Assembly (NCBI GenBank): GCA_024280265.1
Contig: JAJRQL010000056.1
Coordinates: forward strand, 803 to 64,802
Direction: 5' to 3'
DNA from: Deltaproteobacteria bacterium
GTDB lineage: Bacteria > Desulfobacterota > Desulfobulbia > Desulfobulbales > Desulfocapsaceae
Length of the DNA: 64,000 bases
The number at the start of each line of letters is the position of its first letter. Position 1 is the stretch's first letter. Both the position numbers and the translations under genes were made by a program. Below the pieces are notes generated by a model. That model saw nothing but the letters and a program-made list of their open reading frames with translations. It did no database searches and was not told the origin of the DNA. Of this stretch, positions 51,696 through 60,534 are shown in pieces.

Positions 51696-53144
51696 ATGAA
51701 AAGTGACAAGTCAGATGATGCTTTTGTTTGCCGTTGTGTCAGTGACATGCTTAATGGTTTAAGCGATGGTTTATCTCACTTTTCCGGTTTGAGCCAGGTC
51801 GCAGTTATTTACTGTGTTTCGAAGAATAGTCCGATGATGATTTGCGATCCTCAAAATCTTCTTCAGGAGCATAGGCCCAGAATCAAGCGAATGCTCATTG
51901 ATGATTGCTTTTGGAAATCAGTTGATGCGTCAGAACTGGAACAGGCAAGGGTCAGTCGGGTTTTTTCTGTTCAGGATCTCGAACTGACCGGGATCATAGA
52001 GTATGGTGGTCAATCCGGCGCAGTTTATTATCAGGCTTGGTTTACGAAACAGCACTCGGATCTTTGTTCGATAGGTCCAGTGCGTCGCTGGCTTGAACAT
52101 GCAGTGTGGTGCTTCTCCCATGATATTGCAAATGGAGAGGAAATGTACACAGGGATCTCCGGCGCCTTCCTGCGGGGTTATTCTCTCCACGCTGTACGGG
52201 ATCATATCGTTGATGAGATGAATATCTATCTTGGTTGGGATTCTCAAATCCGGGTGTATCCACTCCTGGATGCCGTGCTTGCAGTTTCCAATACTCCGGA
52301 AGAAGGGGCCTGGCCCGTTGGTGAACTGGTGTTTGTTGACCCTCAGCTTCTCGGGGAGGTTCGGTTTGTGGCAAGATTCCTGTGGGATGAATGTCCGCAG
52401 CTCAAAAACAGCAAGCATGTTCGTAAACTGCTTCTTACCGTTGAACATTCTGATTATAAACTGATTTCTGATGGCAAGGCTATTCTTGGTATTTCTGAAA
52501 ATGTGTTGCCGGACTTTGTCATTCAGGCGGATTTTCACGGCCGCCATGGTTTTATGAAAATTAATGATACCAGAATATGCAGTTTTTCGGAAGGAAGTTT
52601 CAGCTCCTCCACCCGTTGCGCCCAGCTGGTGGAGGTAGAGGAAGCACTATTGGGTTTTGCGATTTCGTCGCAAGTAAAAAATACTCTTTTTCAAATCGTT
52701 ACCCGCCTGGCTCACCATGCACAGAGTCAGAGGCATGGTTGCACACTGGTTCTTGATCTTAATCCGCAGCCGGTGATTATGTCCGGGCAGAAACTTGACT
52801 CTCCCCTGGATTTGAGACAACCGGATCTATTAAAACTGAGTACTGCTTTAACAAGGGTTGACGGCGCGTTGCATATAGGGGCTGATCAGCACCTCCATGG
52901 TTTTGCCTGTCTCCTTGACGGGCGGAGTATCCCGGCAGAAGATCGTGGACGGGGAGCCCGTTACAACTCGGCACTGCGATTTACAGCGGCACATAAAAAT
53001 ATTATTGTGGTGGTTGTCTCTTCGGATCGTCCTGCATCAGTTATCCGGGAGGGAGTGGCGCTCAGCAGCATCTGTCATTGGTATCCGGAAAGTGGATGTG
53101 TTTTTTCGTCAGACAATCTGCAGGAATGGTGTGCAAAGAGTTAG
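51696..53144 (+). CDS. sensor-domain protein with a C-terminal diadenylate-cyclase (DisA_N/DAC)-like domain; the RHR motif is replaced
   Basis: In the C-terminal ~130 aa, HGCTLVLDL... aligns to GALIVI, VDGALHIGADQHLHGFACLL to HDGA.II......A...L, and GRGARYNSALRFTAAHKNIIVVVVSSDRPASVI to GTRHRAA.......DA..IVVSEE.G.IS. DGA is kept, but RHR reads RYN. I do not recognise the N-terminal ~340 aa. Confidence 0.6.
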   Translation: MKSDKSDDAFVCRCVSDMLNGLSDGLSHFSGLSQVAVIYCVSKNSPMMICDPQNLLQEHRPRIKRMLIDDCFWKSVDASELEQARVSRVFSVQDLELTGIIEYGGQSGAVYYQAWFTKQHSDLCSIGPVRRWLEHAVWCFSHDIANGEEMYTGISGAFLRGYSLHAVRDHIVDEMNIYLGWDSQIRVYPLLDAVLAVSNTPEEGAWPVGELVFVDPQLLGEVRFVARFLWDECPQLKNSKHVRKLLLTVEHSDYKLISDGKAILGISENVLPDFVIQADFHGRHGFMKINDTRICSFSEGSFSSSTRCAQLVEVEEALLGFAISSQVKNTLFQIVTRLAHHAQSQRHGCTLVLDLNPQPVIMSGQKLDSPLDLRQPDLLKLSTALTRVDGALHIGADQHLHGFACLLDGRSIPAEDRGRGARYNSALRFTAAHKNIIVVVVSSDRPASVIREGVALSSICHWYPESGCVFSSDNLQEWCAKS

Positions 53145-53220
53145 GAGAAAAAGGACATTTCTGGACAGGTGCTTATTAAGCTCTGGGGGCAGAATGGTTT
53201 TAAATTTAAACAAGATTAGA

Positions 53221-53248
53221 TTGACATTTTCATAACGCTATTTATATT
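53221..53248 (+). promoter_or_regulatory. sigma70-type promoter of repeat-family-3 cassette, copy 2
   Basis: TTGACA (53221-53226), a 16-nt spacer, then TATATT (53243-53248). The geometry and upstream 19 nt are the same as in copy 1. Confidence 0.6.
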
Positions 53249-53254
53249 TTAGAC

Positions 53255-53468
53255 GCGGATTGCTGAAGATTAGGGAGGGTTTCAATGAAATGCTCCTGGA
53301 AACAATTCGGGGGGGCCATGTTCGCAGGTTCGGGGCAGGTCTTATCTTCGTTGGGAACACACGTTAATGCCATTACGTTCAGGCAGGCTCTTTTGAGAGT
53401 GTGAGCTGGAATACAAGGCCAAAAATCGCTATGTTACGCAGGCGGTCTTTGGCTTTTTTTTGTTTTTT
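53255..53468 (+). ncRNA. candidate structured leader or sRNA upstream of the ccsA-like operon (family 3, copy 2)
   Basis: It has the conserved hairpin ttcag-gcag-gctct-tttg-agagt-gtgag-ctgga (53378-53410), then a terminator stem gccaaa/tttggc followed by T-runs (53415-53468). Confidence 0.5.
53285..53404 (+). CDS. possible 39-codon sORF inside family-3 copy 2 (MKCSWKQFGGAMFAGSGQVLSSLGTHVNAITFRQALLRV)
   Basis: The RBS gggaggg lies 5 nt before the ATG at 53285, and the stop TGA at 53402-53404 lies inside the conserved hairpin. In copy 1 the homologous ATG (24889) is followed at once by TAA. It is below the ORF-track size cutoff. Confidence 0.3.
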   Translation: MKCSWKQFGGAMFAGSGQVLSSLGTHVNAITFRQALLRV

Positions 53469-53549
53469 TGACGGGTCGGCATGGGCTGTCAAAGCAGTGT
53501 TGCAGGGAATTATCCAAATAATTGGCTGAAGTGAGAAAGGGATGAAAAG

Positions 53550-54596
53550 ATGGGACAGACGATGATTATGGAGAGCTTACTGCCTGTAGCTCTTTTCAGC
53601 CAGGTGGGTAATATGTTGCTGCTTGTCCTCTTTGTTTCTGCCTGCCTGGCAGGATTTTCGGGTGTGGTGAATATCGCCCGACCTGCTGCTCTGTTTGGTC
53701 GTCCGACAAGTATCCTATTGGTGCTGAATGCCGTTGTCTTTTTTGCTGGATTTTTCTGGATCTCCTGGTTTCATTATCAGATTTACACTCTGCTGCCATT
53801 GGAACTGCCCTCACAGCTGGCAGATATGTTAAACAGGCGGCTCGAAATGATGAACTCCGGAGCAGCCTATGCTTTTCCCTTGTATGATGCTGCTAATCCT
53901 CCCCGTTATGCCCTGCCGCTGTGGATTGAAAACGAAAAATATTATTTCTGGTTTCTCTGCTATGCGGTGCTGGCAGTGATAGCTCACTTCAGATTGCAGC
54001 AGCATCGGTTGCGTGGAGTTATTCACCTGTTACTGGCAGTTCAGGTTGCCATCCTTTATTTTGCAGCAAACCCCTTTACAGAGCCGCTTCCCCGCTTTTT
54101 TTCTGAGATAGGGCCGTGGTTTACTACTGAAATGCACCATGGTGAACGTTTTGGTCTTTTTATGCAGCTCTATCCCAAAATGGTTTTCTATTATAATGCT
54201 GAATACATGTGGTTCCATCCCCCGCTCCTGTTTATTGCCTATGCCTGCATCACTCTGACCTTTGTCACTTCTGTTTTTATGCTGGTGAAATATGATCTGG
54301 AAGTTGAACAGGCGGGATACGATTTTGCGAAACTGGGTTACTTCATGCTGACACTCGGTATGCTTCTTGGCTACCCATGGGCCTTGAAAGCGTGGGGACC
54401 GAACTGGTGGTGGGATCCTAAAATATGCAGTTCAATTATGATGTGGGCAGTGTATTCCACATACTTTCACACTCGTTTATACGCAAATAAAAAAAGCATG
54501 TGGTACTTTTCGTCTTTTCTCGGGATACTTTGTTTTGGAGCCATGATTTTTACCTTTCTGGCTTCATTCTATTTCCCGGGGGAGCACACACTTTAA
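53550..54596 (+). CDS. cytochrome c assembly family protein (CcsA/CcmF-like paralog)
   Basis: 348 aa and polytopic. It has the WWD-type motif ALKAWGPNWWWDPK and a downstream His (YFHTRL). It is divergent from the ccsA at 23718-24551. Confidence 0.75.
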   Translation: MGQTMIMESLLPVALFSQVGNMLLLVLFVSACLAGFSGVVNIARPAALFGRPTSILLVLNAVVFFAGFFWISWFHYQIYTLLPLELPSQLADMLNRRLEMMNSGAAYAFPLYDAANPPRYALPLWIENEKYYFWFLCYAVLAVIAHFRLQQHRLRGVIHLLLAVQVAILYFAANPFTEPLPRFFSEIGPWFTTEMHHGERFGLFMQLYPKMVFYYNAEYMWFHPPLLFIAYACITLTFVTSVFMLVKYDLEVEQAGYDFAKLGYFMLTLGMLLGYPWALKAWGPNWWWDPKICSSIMMWAVYSTYFHTRLYANKKSMWYFSSFLGILCFGAMIFTFLASFYFPGEHTL

Positions 54597-54636
54597 GGTG
54601 CAGGTAAAAAAGAGTAACAACACAATGAAAGATGGC

Positions 54637-54805
54637 GGCGTAAAAAGCGTCACCTCCTTCGTTGCCTCACATTTTCAATCATTACGCCGTACACCAGTAC
54701 GCCGAAACAAGTGGAAATGTTTGCGCCTCGGATGTGAAATTTTTCGAAGTCTAAGCTTATCCACTTAGCCATCTACAACTTTAGGTTTTTACGAGCTTGT
54801 CAATG
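54637..54805 (-). mobile_element. MITE-like repeat, copy B (family 1), inverted relative to copy A
   Basis: See copy A. The plus strand reads cgtaaaaagcgtcacctccttcgttgcc...tcggatgtgaaatttttcgaagtcta...aggtttttacgagcttgtcaatg. The ends carry cgtaaaaa / tttttacg. Confidence 0.7.
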
Positions 54806-55420
54806 AAAGAAAGTATGAAGAAAAAAGCGTCCCTGGATTTTTATCTTATTCTGGCCACAGCAGGAGTACTTTTTGTTATTTCAGCTATCTGCATCTATTC
54901 CATGTTCTACTTCAAGATGGCCCAGGTGCAGGAGATGGCACCGATGGTAAAAGCTGCGTACATGGAGAATATGAATACAATCATATCTCCTTTTTTAATT
55001 ATTCTTATCCTGCTTCTGGGGATCTGTGTGCCCAAAAGACTGCTCCCTGCCAATTGGCTACTTCTCTTTACAGTGTTGCTTGCTGTTTCTTCTCTGGGCA
55101 TTTCTTTTATGTATGGGATTAAGATGGGGCTGGTGGTGGTTCTTCTCATATCCCTTGTGCTGCAGTTTGTCGTTCTTGTGATGGCGCTGGCTGGTAGTGA
55201 GCGACTGAATTTTACCAGGAAAGGATACTGGGTTCGAACGGGGTCATCGCTCCTGCATATGGGGATGATCCTCTTTGTACTCGATCTCTTCTTTTACCAG
55301 CATCAGACTTTGCATCTGATTCTTTTCTGGGTAACCACCGGGACCGTTGTTGCGGGGATGACCTTTTGCTTTTACGCTGACAATGTGGTCGGATTGGTCA
55401 GGAAAGTGACAGGACGATGA
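54803..55420 (+). CDS. polytopic membrane protein, unknown function
   Basis: It has 5-6 hydrophobic helices. The start is ambiguous: the TTG at 54797 in the ORF track, or the ATG at 54803 or 54815. The first two lie inside the MITE terminus. Confidence 0.6.
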   Translation: MKESMKKKASLDFYLILATAGVLFVISAICIYSMFYFKMAQVQEMAPMVKAAYMENMNTIISPFLIILILLLGICVPKRLLPANWLLLFTVLLAVSSLGISFMYGIKMGLVVVLLISLVLQFVVLVMALAGSERLNFTRKGYWVRTGSSLLHMGMILFVLDLFFYQHQTLHLILFWVTTGTVVAGMTFCFYADNVVGLVRKVTGR

Positions 55421-55959
55421 TGATGGCTGGTAATCGAACCCGGACATGGAAGGCAATGGTTTTTGCCTGGATGCTTTCATGTGCCTCTATTCCATTATTT
55501 TCTTTTTATGGTCGCCCTTTGCAACTGTATTCGATGACGAAGTATTCCTATGAGGAGCTTGGTCTCTGGCTGAGTCTGTTTTTGGGTGGTATCCTGATAG
55601 TTCTGTTTATCTGTCTCCTGAAAGCACGTTATAGCCCTTATATTTACCATCTCACCTGGATTGCACCCCTGGCGATTTTTTTTTATATCAGTCTACCGTT
55701 TGTGGAAAAAATCCATATAGTCCTTTTCGGACTATTTGGATTTCTCACTCAAAAACTTTTTGAACAGAGGGTGGCCGCTGTTATGTGTGTTTCCATCTCT
55801 TTTCTTGATGAGTTATTTCAGTATTTTCTGGTCGACAGGGTTGGAGACTGGCGTGATGTGTGGCTGAATCTTTTTTCAGCGGCTCTTGGAATGTTTATTG
55901 CTTTGGTCCTTTCCAGGGAGAACCGTAAACAGCCTGACATGGATTGCACTGAATGTTGA
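55417..55959 (+). CDS. VanZ-like family membrane protein
   Basis: 180 aa. K..H..LFGLFGFL...... FLDELFQYF...R.GDWRDVWLN..SAALG matches the VanZ pattern (DK.HF..Y..L ... DE..Q.....R.....D...N..G). Confidence 0.6.
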   Translation: MMMAGNRTRTWKAMVFAWMLSCASIPLFSFYGRPLQLYSMTKYSYEELGLWLSLFLGGILIVLFICLLKARYSPYIYHLTWIAPLAIFFYISLPFVEKIHIVLFGLFGFLTQKLFEQRVAAVMCVSISFLDELFQYFLVDRVGDWRDVWLNLFSAALGMFIALVLSRENRKQPDMDCTEC

Positions 55960-56813
55960 AAAAGATCTTTATTCTCCCTTTAACCATTACTGTTTTTTTT
56001 TCTATGACAAATGTATATTCCGCAGATTTACGGGTTGTTGTCCTTGATGTCGGGACGGGTCAGAGTGTATTGCTGGAAGACAATGGTCATGGTCTGTTAA
56101 TTGATACCGGTCTTGCTGAATACTCCCCCAGGGTTCTGTCGAGAATGGAGTATCATGGCGTAAATACCCTCGATTACCTGGTGCTCAGCCACTTTCATCC
56201 TGATCATGCTGCAGGGTATTCTCACATACGGGAAGCCTGGCCTGATACACCCATTTTAGGCAACTGCTATCTTCCTGAAAAACTCCATCCCGATGAAGAG
56301 AATTTCTTTTGGAGCACTCATGCAACTCTTTCCGGGGATCGTCTTTATGGCTGCCTGGCTGCAGGAGATAGTCTCCCCTGGCAGAGCTATGAGATACAGG
56401 TTTTATGGGGAGGGACTGATCCCCAAAAGACTTTGAATTACAACTCCCTTGTTTTGCTGTTACAAACTGAGCAGGGCGGGAGTCTGCTGATTATGGGTGA
56501 CGTGGACAGCTCTGTGGAAAAGAGTCTTACCCCTGTTCTTCAATCTCTCCTGCGTTCCTCCGGGTCCGGGGTTACTCTCTATGTCGCATCCCATCATGGT
56601 TCTGCTGCCGGTACTGAACCGGAGTTTTTAGATGTCGTACGTCCGCAGGTTTCCATGGTGTCCGTTGGAAAGAATAATCCCTATGGATATCCATCTGATT
56701 CCAGTTTAAGGATTCTTGACAAATACAGCGGAACAGTGCTTCAAACGGACAGGGACGGTGAGATATGTTTTACACTGGGCTCAACTGCTACTGCATCCTG
56801 TACGGATCGATAG
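55953..56813 (+). CDS. secreted MBL-fold metallo-hydrolase (ComEC C-terminal-like)
   Basis: It has a signal peptide, VLDVGTGQSVLL, LVLSHFHPDHAAG and ...ASHHGS... motifs. Confidence 0.75.
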   Translation: MLKKIFILPLTITVFFSMTNVYSADLRVVVLDVGTGQSVLLEDNGHGLLIDTGLAEYSPRVLSRMEYHGVNTLDYLVLSHFHPDHAAGYSHIREAWPDTPILGNCYLPEKLHPDEENFFWSTHATLSGDRLYGCLAAGDSLPWQSYEIQVLWGGTDPQKTLNYNSLVLLLQTEQGGSLLIMGDVDSSVEKSLTPVLQSLLRSSGSGVTLYVASHHGSAAGTEPEFLDVVRPQVSMVSVGKNNPYGYPSDSSLRILDKYSGTVLQTDRDGEICFTLGSTATASCTDR

Positions 56814-56859
56814 GGTGGATCAATTGTTAAAAGAATACAAAGAATATGGCATCATCGTG

Positions 56860-57087
56860 ATGCGGATCTTCAGATGGGATCTTCAACTTCATTTTTTCTG
56901 GGGCTTTATCCTGACCCTCCTGGGAGTGTACTGGCAGCCTCTGTATCTTTCTGGTGTTGTGGTCACCCTGGTGACAGAGGCTCTTGACCTGTGGAGCAAG
57001 GGCCTTTGGAGTTGGGATGATGTCGGGTTGGGGATTGTTGGTTCAGGGGTGGCACTGTTGTACCTTTTTTCGGTGAACCTGATCTGA
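56860..57087 (+). CDS. small two-TM membrane protein
   Basis: This is the hydrophobic C-terminal part of ORF 56716..57087. The upstream part overlaps the MBL gene, so an internal start (ATG 56860) is assumed. The call is weak. Confidence 0.35.
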   Translation: MRIFRWDLQLHFFWGFILTLLGVYWQPLYLSGVVVTLVTEALDLWSKGLWSWDDVGLGIVGSGVALLYLFSVNLI

Positions 57088-57114
57088 AGAACAGACAATT
57101 AGAGGTGTCGGGAG

Positions 57115-57879
57115 ATGGAATTTACAGATATGAGGCAAAAGGTTACGACACTAGCTGTCATGATCTTTCTCTTTCCACTGCTCAGTGGCTGCGAAGATGA
57201 TATCGGGGTAGATCTGATGCTTGCTGCGGATGCAGGTCTTGATGCGGTCAAAGCTGTTATCGTCAGCGATGATGCCGTTAGGAATATGGCTTTTGAAACA
57301 GTACAGTATGCAGATGCCCAAAACAGGGTGGCTCCTGCACACAGCAGGCATGCACAACGGCTGCAAAGGCTCACTGCACCGTATGTAAGCCATGCTGGTC
57401 AACGGTTTAACTTTAAGGCATATCTCACTCCGGAAATAAATGCCTTTGCCACAGCCGACGGTTCCATTCGTATATATAGCGGTCTTATGGACAGAATGGA
57501 CGACAGCGAGCTGCTTTTCATCATAGGTCATGAAATGGGGCATGTGATTAAGGGGCACAGTCGAAAAAAAATCCGAATTGCTTATGCAAGCCGGGCCATA
57601 CGTAAAGGTGCTGCATCCATAAATAATGAAGTTGGCTCCATTGCCCGTTCTCAGATTGGTGGTTTTGCGGAACAATTACTTAATGCCCAGTATTCTCAGA
57701 AAGAGGAAAAGGAAGCTGATGATTACGGACTTCTTTTTTTGAAAAGTGCGGGTCATAATCTAATGGTAGCTGCTTCGGCCCTGCAAAAACTTGCCAGTAC
57801 GTCTGCCAGTCATTCCTTTCTGTCAAGTCACCCTGCCCCGGAAAAGCGCTCAAAGCGGATTCTGGTACAGATTCAGTGA
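57115..57879 (+). CDS. M48-family zinc metallopeptidase lipoprotein
   Basis: It has a lipobox (PLLSGC), the motif HEMGHV and a downstream E.EAD. Confidence 0.85.
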   Translation: MEFTDMRQKVTTLAVMIFLFPLLSGCEDDIGVDLMLAADAGLDAVKAVIVSDDAVRNMAFETVQYADAQNRVAPAHSRHAQRLQRLTAPYVSHAGQRFNFKAYLTPEINAFATADGSIRIYSGLMDRMDDSELLFIIGHEMGHVIKGHSRKKIRIAYASRAIRKGAASINNEVGSIARSQIGGFAEQLLNAQYSQKEEKEADDYGLLFLKSAGHNLMVAASALQKLASTSASHSFLSSHPAPEKRSKRILVQIQ

Positions 57880-58056
57880 TTCGTGGTTTTTTTTGTAAAC
57901 AAAAGAAGTGGTCGGTTTTCGTACATACCGGGGAGCCATGGGTGATTTGATTCAATTTGGTGAAAAAAATATACGAAGAAAGCCCTGCTTGAAAAATAAC
58001 GACCATGATCTATTGTGGTGAACAGTAACTGTAGGGAAGGTGAGTGTGATTGCAGT

Positions 58057-58482
58057 ATGAAAATAAGGATCCTTTTTCTCTGTACCGGTAATTCCTGTCG
58101 CAGCCAAATGGCAGAAGGATGGGCACGACATTTGAAAAATGACGTGCTTGAAGTCTGGTCGGCAGGTATTGAAAAACATGGCATTAATGCTATGGCTGTC
58201 AACGTGATGGCTGAAGCCGGGGTGGATATCTCCGGATACCACTCAAAGCTTGTCAGTGAACTTCCAGCCTCGAGTTTCGATTATGTGATAACGGTATGTG
58301 ACAGTGCCCATGAGGCATGCCCGATTTTTTCGGGTAATGCCAGGGTTATCCATAGAGGATTTGATGACCCGCCCAGACTGGCAGCCAGGGAAAAAACAGA
58401 AGAGGCGTCCCTGATCCACTACAGAAGAGTGAGGGATGAGATACGAAGTTTTGTGGAAGGGCTTCCCTATGGTATCGTGTAA
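58057..58482 (+). CDS. arsC: arsenate reductase, LMW-PTPase/thioredoxin-coupled type
   Basis: The start is taken at MKIRILFLCTGNSCRSQMAEGW. The Cys triad is C10 plus CDSAHEAC. Confidence 0.88.
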   Translation: MKIRILFLCTGNSCRSQMAEGWARHLKNDVLEVWSAGIEKHGINAMAVNVMAEAGVDISGYHSKLVSELPASSFDYVITVCDSAHEACPIFSGNARVIHRGFDDPPRLAAREKTEEASLIHYRRVRDEIRSFVEGLPYGIV

Positions 58483-58650
58483 TAATGAGGTATTACGTCA
58501 CAGCAAGCTGGGAGTACCGTATACCAATTTGATAATGAGTCTGTCCAAAAAAGTTTCATTGTGTCACGCCGTGACAGTGTGTTTTCCAGGTGGCAGAATT
58601 GTGACTAGAACATGGTCAACGGGATTGGTACTACTTGTGTGCACCTTCGG

Positions 58651-60534
58651 TTACGCGCTCTCGATAACCTCTTTCACCTCTTCGCCACTGATCACCTCTT
58701 TTTCTTTCAGTCTGGCCGACAGTGCATCGAGCACCTTGCGCTTACCGGTGAGGATCTCGATGGCTCTCTGGTACTGTTTCTCAACGAGTTCACGGCATTC
58801 CTCGTCGATTATCCGAGCTGTAGATTCGCTGTAGTCACGTTCCTCTTGACCCTGAATGCCGAGAAACTGCAGTTCCTGGCGTTTGCCGTAGGTGAGAGGA
58901 CCGAGTTTTTTGCTCATGCCCAACCTGGTGATCATGGAGCGAGCGATTTCCGAGGATCGCTCCAGATCATTGGCGGCGCCACTGGAAATGTCGCCAAATA
59001 CGATCTCCTCGGCCGCTCTGCCGCCGAGGAGAATGGCGATCTGGTCCTGGAGTTCGTCTTCGGTGGTAAGGAATTTCTCATTCACGGGCAGCTGCATGGT
59101 GTAGCCAAGGGCGGCGATGCCTCGGGGGATGATGGATACCTTATGTACCGGCTCACCGGTGGGAACGGTTTCAGCTACCAAGGTGTGACCGGATTCATGA
59201 AAGGCCACCCGGTTTTTTTCTTCAGGATTGAGGGCGCGATGTTTTTTCTCAGGGCCAGCAATGATTCGGTCGATGGCTGCCTCGAAGTCCTTCATAGTCA
59301 CGAGCTTTCCTTTGCGTCGCAGAGCCTGGATGGCCGCTTCATTACAGATATTTTCCAGGTCAGCACCGACAAATCCCGGTGTGCGCTGGGCAACGACCTT
59401 GAGATCAATATCGTCTGCCAGTTTCAATTTGGAGGCGTGTAACTTGAGGATGGCTTCCCGGTCCTTGAGGTCAGGTTTATCCACCAGTACCTGGCGGTCG
59501 AAGCGGCCAGCCCGCATCAGTGCCTTGTCAAGAATTTCCGGACGGTTGGTGGCTGCCATCACCACCACCCCAGTGGATGAATCAAAGCCGTCCATTTCCG
59601 TGAGGATCTGGTTCAGGGTCTGCTCTCTTTCGTCATGCCCACCCATGGCCGGGCCGGCGCCACGAGCCCGACCGATGGCGTCGAGCTCATCGATGAAGAT
59701 AATGCATGGTGCCTTTTTGCGAGCCTGTTCAAAGAGTTCCCTAACCCGTGCTGCGCCCACACCGACGAACATCTCAATGAACTCGGAGCCGCTGATGGAA
59801 AAGAAGGGGACATCGGACTCGCCGGCTACAGATCGGGCCAGCAGGGTCTTACCGGTACCAGGAGGACCCACCATGAGGACACCCTTGGGCATACGGCCGC
59901 CAAGATTCTGGATCTGGCTAGGATCTTTGAGGAAGTCGACACACTCTTTGAGCTCCTGTTTTGCCTCTTCTGCGCCTGCCACGTCGTCAAAAGTGACCTT
60001 GGGTTGGTCGTCAGGATGGATATGTATTTTGTTGCCGATGTTGAGTACACCTCTGCCCATATTGCCCATTCTTTTCGCCATCCAGCCCCAGAAAAGAAAG
60101 AGCAGACCGAGTGGCAGCACCCAGTTGACTAGAAATTTCGCCAGCCAGTCCGTGTTTTGGCGCACTGTGTACTTGACTCCGTTTTTTTCCAGGGTCATGG
60201 CCAGGTCATTGTTCCATATCAGGGGCACGGTGTAGAATTGTTTGGGCTTGCCGGTCTTTTCGTCGGTTATGGTGAGGGTTCCGCTGATGATATTATCCGT
60301 CACCACCGCTTCAGCGACCTCGTGTTTCTGGACATGGCTTAGAAACTGACTATAGGGGATTTCCACCTGTCTGGCCTGCTGGTATCCCTGGAAGAGCTGA
60401 AAAGACAGGAGGATGAAGAACAGGTAGAGCCAGAAGTTGAAATTAGGGTTCTGCCAGAATTTCTCATTGGTGGTTTTGTTGATTTCTATTTCAGGTCTTT
60501 TGCCGCTGCCGAGGGTGAAATTGGATTTTTTCAT
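58651..60534 (-). CDS. ftsH: ATP-dependent zinc metalloprotease FtsH
   Basis: 627 aa. It has two N-terminal TM segments, the AAA+ Walker [14 protein letters not shown], the SRH region and the HESGH zinc site. Confidence 0.97.
   Translation of the reverse strand: MKKSNFTLGSGKRPEIEINKTTNEKFWQNPNFNFWLYLFFILLSFQLFQGYQQARQVEIPYSQFLSHVQKHEVAEAVVTDNIISGTLTITDEKTGKPKQFYTVPLIWNNDLAMTLEKNGVKYTVRQNTDWLAKFLVNWVLPLGLLFLFWGWMAKRMGNMGRGVLNIGNKIHIHPDDQPKVTFDDVAGAEEAKQELKECVDFLKDPSQIQNLGGRMPKGVLMVGPPGTGKTLLARSVAGESDVPFFSISGSEFIEMFVGVGAARVRELFEQARKKAPCIIFIDELDAIGRARGAGPAMGGHDEREQTLNQILTEMDGFDSSTGVVVMAATNRPEILDKALMRAGRFDRQVLVDKPDLKDREAILKLHASKLKLADDIDLKVVAQRTPGFVGADLENICNEAAIQALRRKGKLVTMKDFEAAIDRIIAGPEKKHRALNPEEKNRVAFHESGHTLVAETVPTGEPVHKVSIIPRGIAALGYTMQLPVNEKFLTTEDELQDQIAILLGGRAAEEIVFGDISSGAANDLERSSEIARSMITRLGMSKKLGPLTYGKRQELQFLGIQGQEERDYSESTARIIDEECRELVEKQYQRAIEILTGKRKVLDALSARLKEKEVISGEEVKEVIESA

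Noticed and set aside
54624-54767. 47-codon ORF (MKDGGVKSVTSFVASHFQ…) within MITE copy B
   Set aside because: The homologous frame in copy A is broken by indels and an early stop, and there is no convincing RBS. The element is therefore better explained as non-coding.
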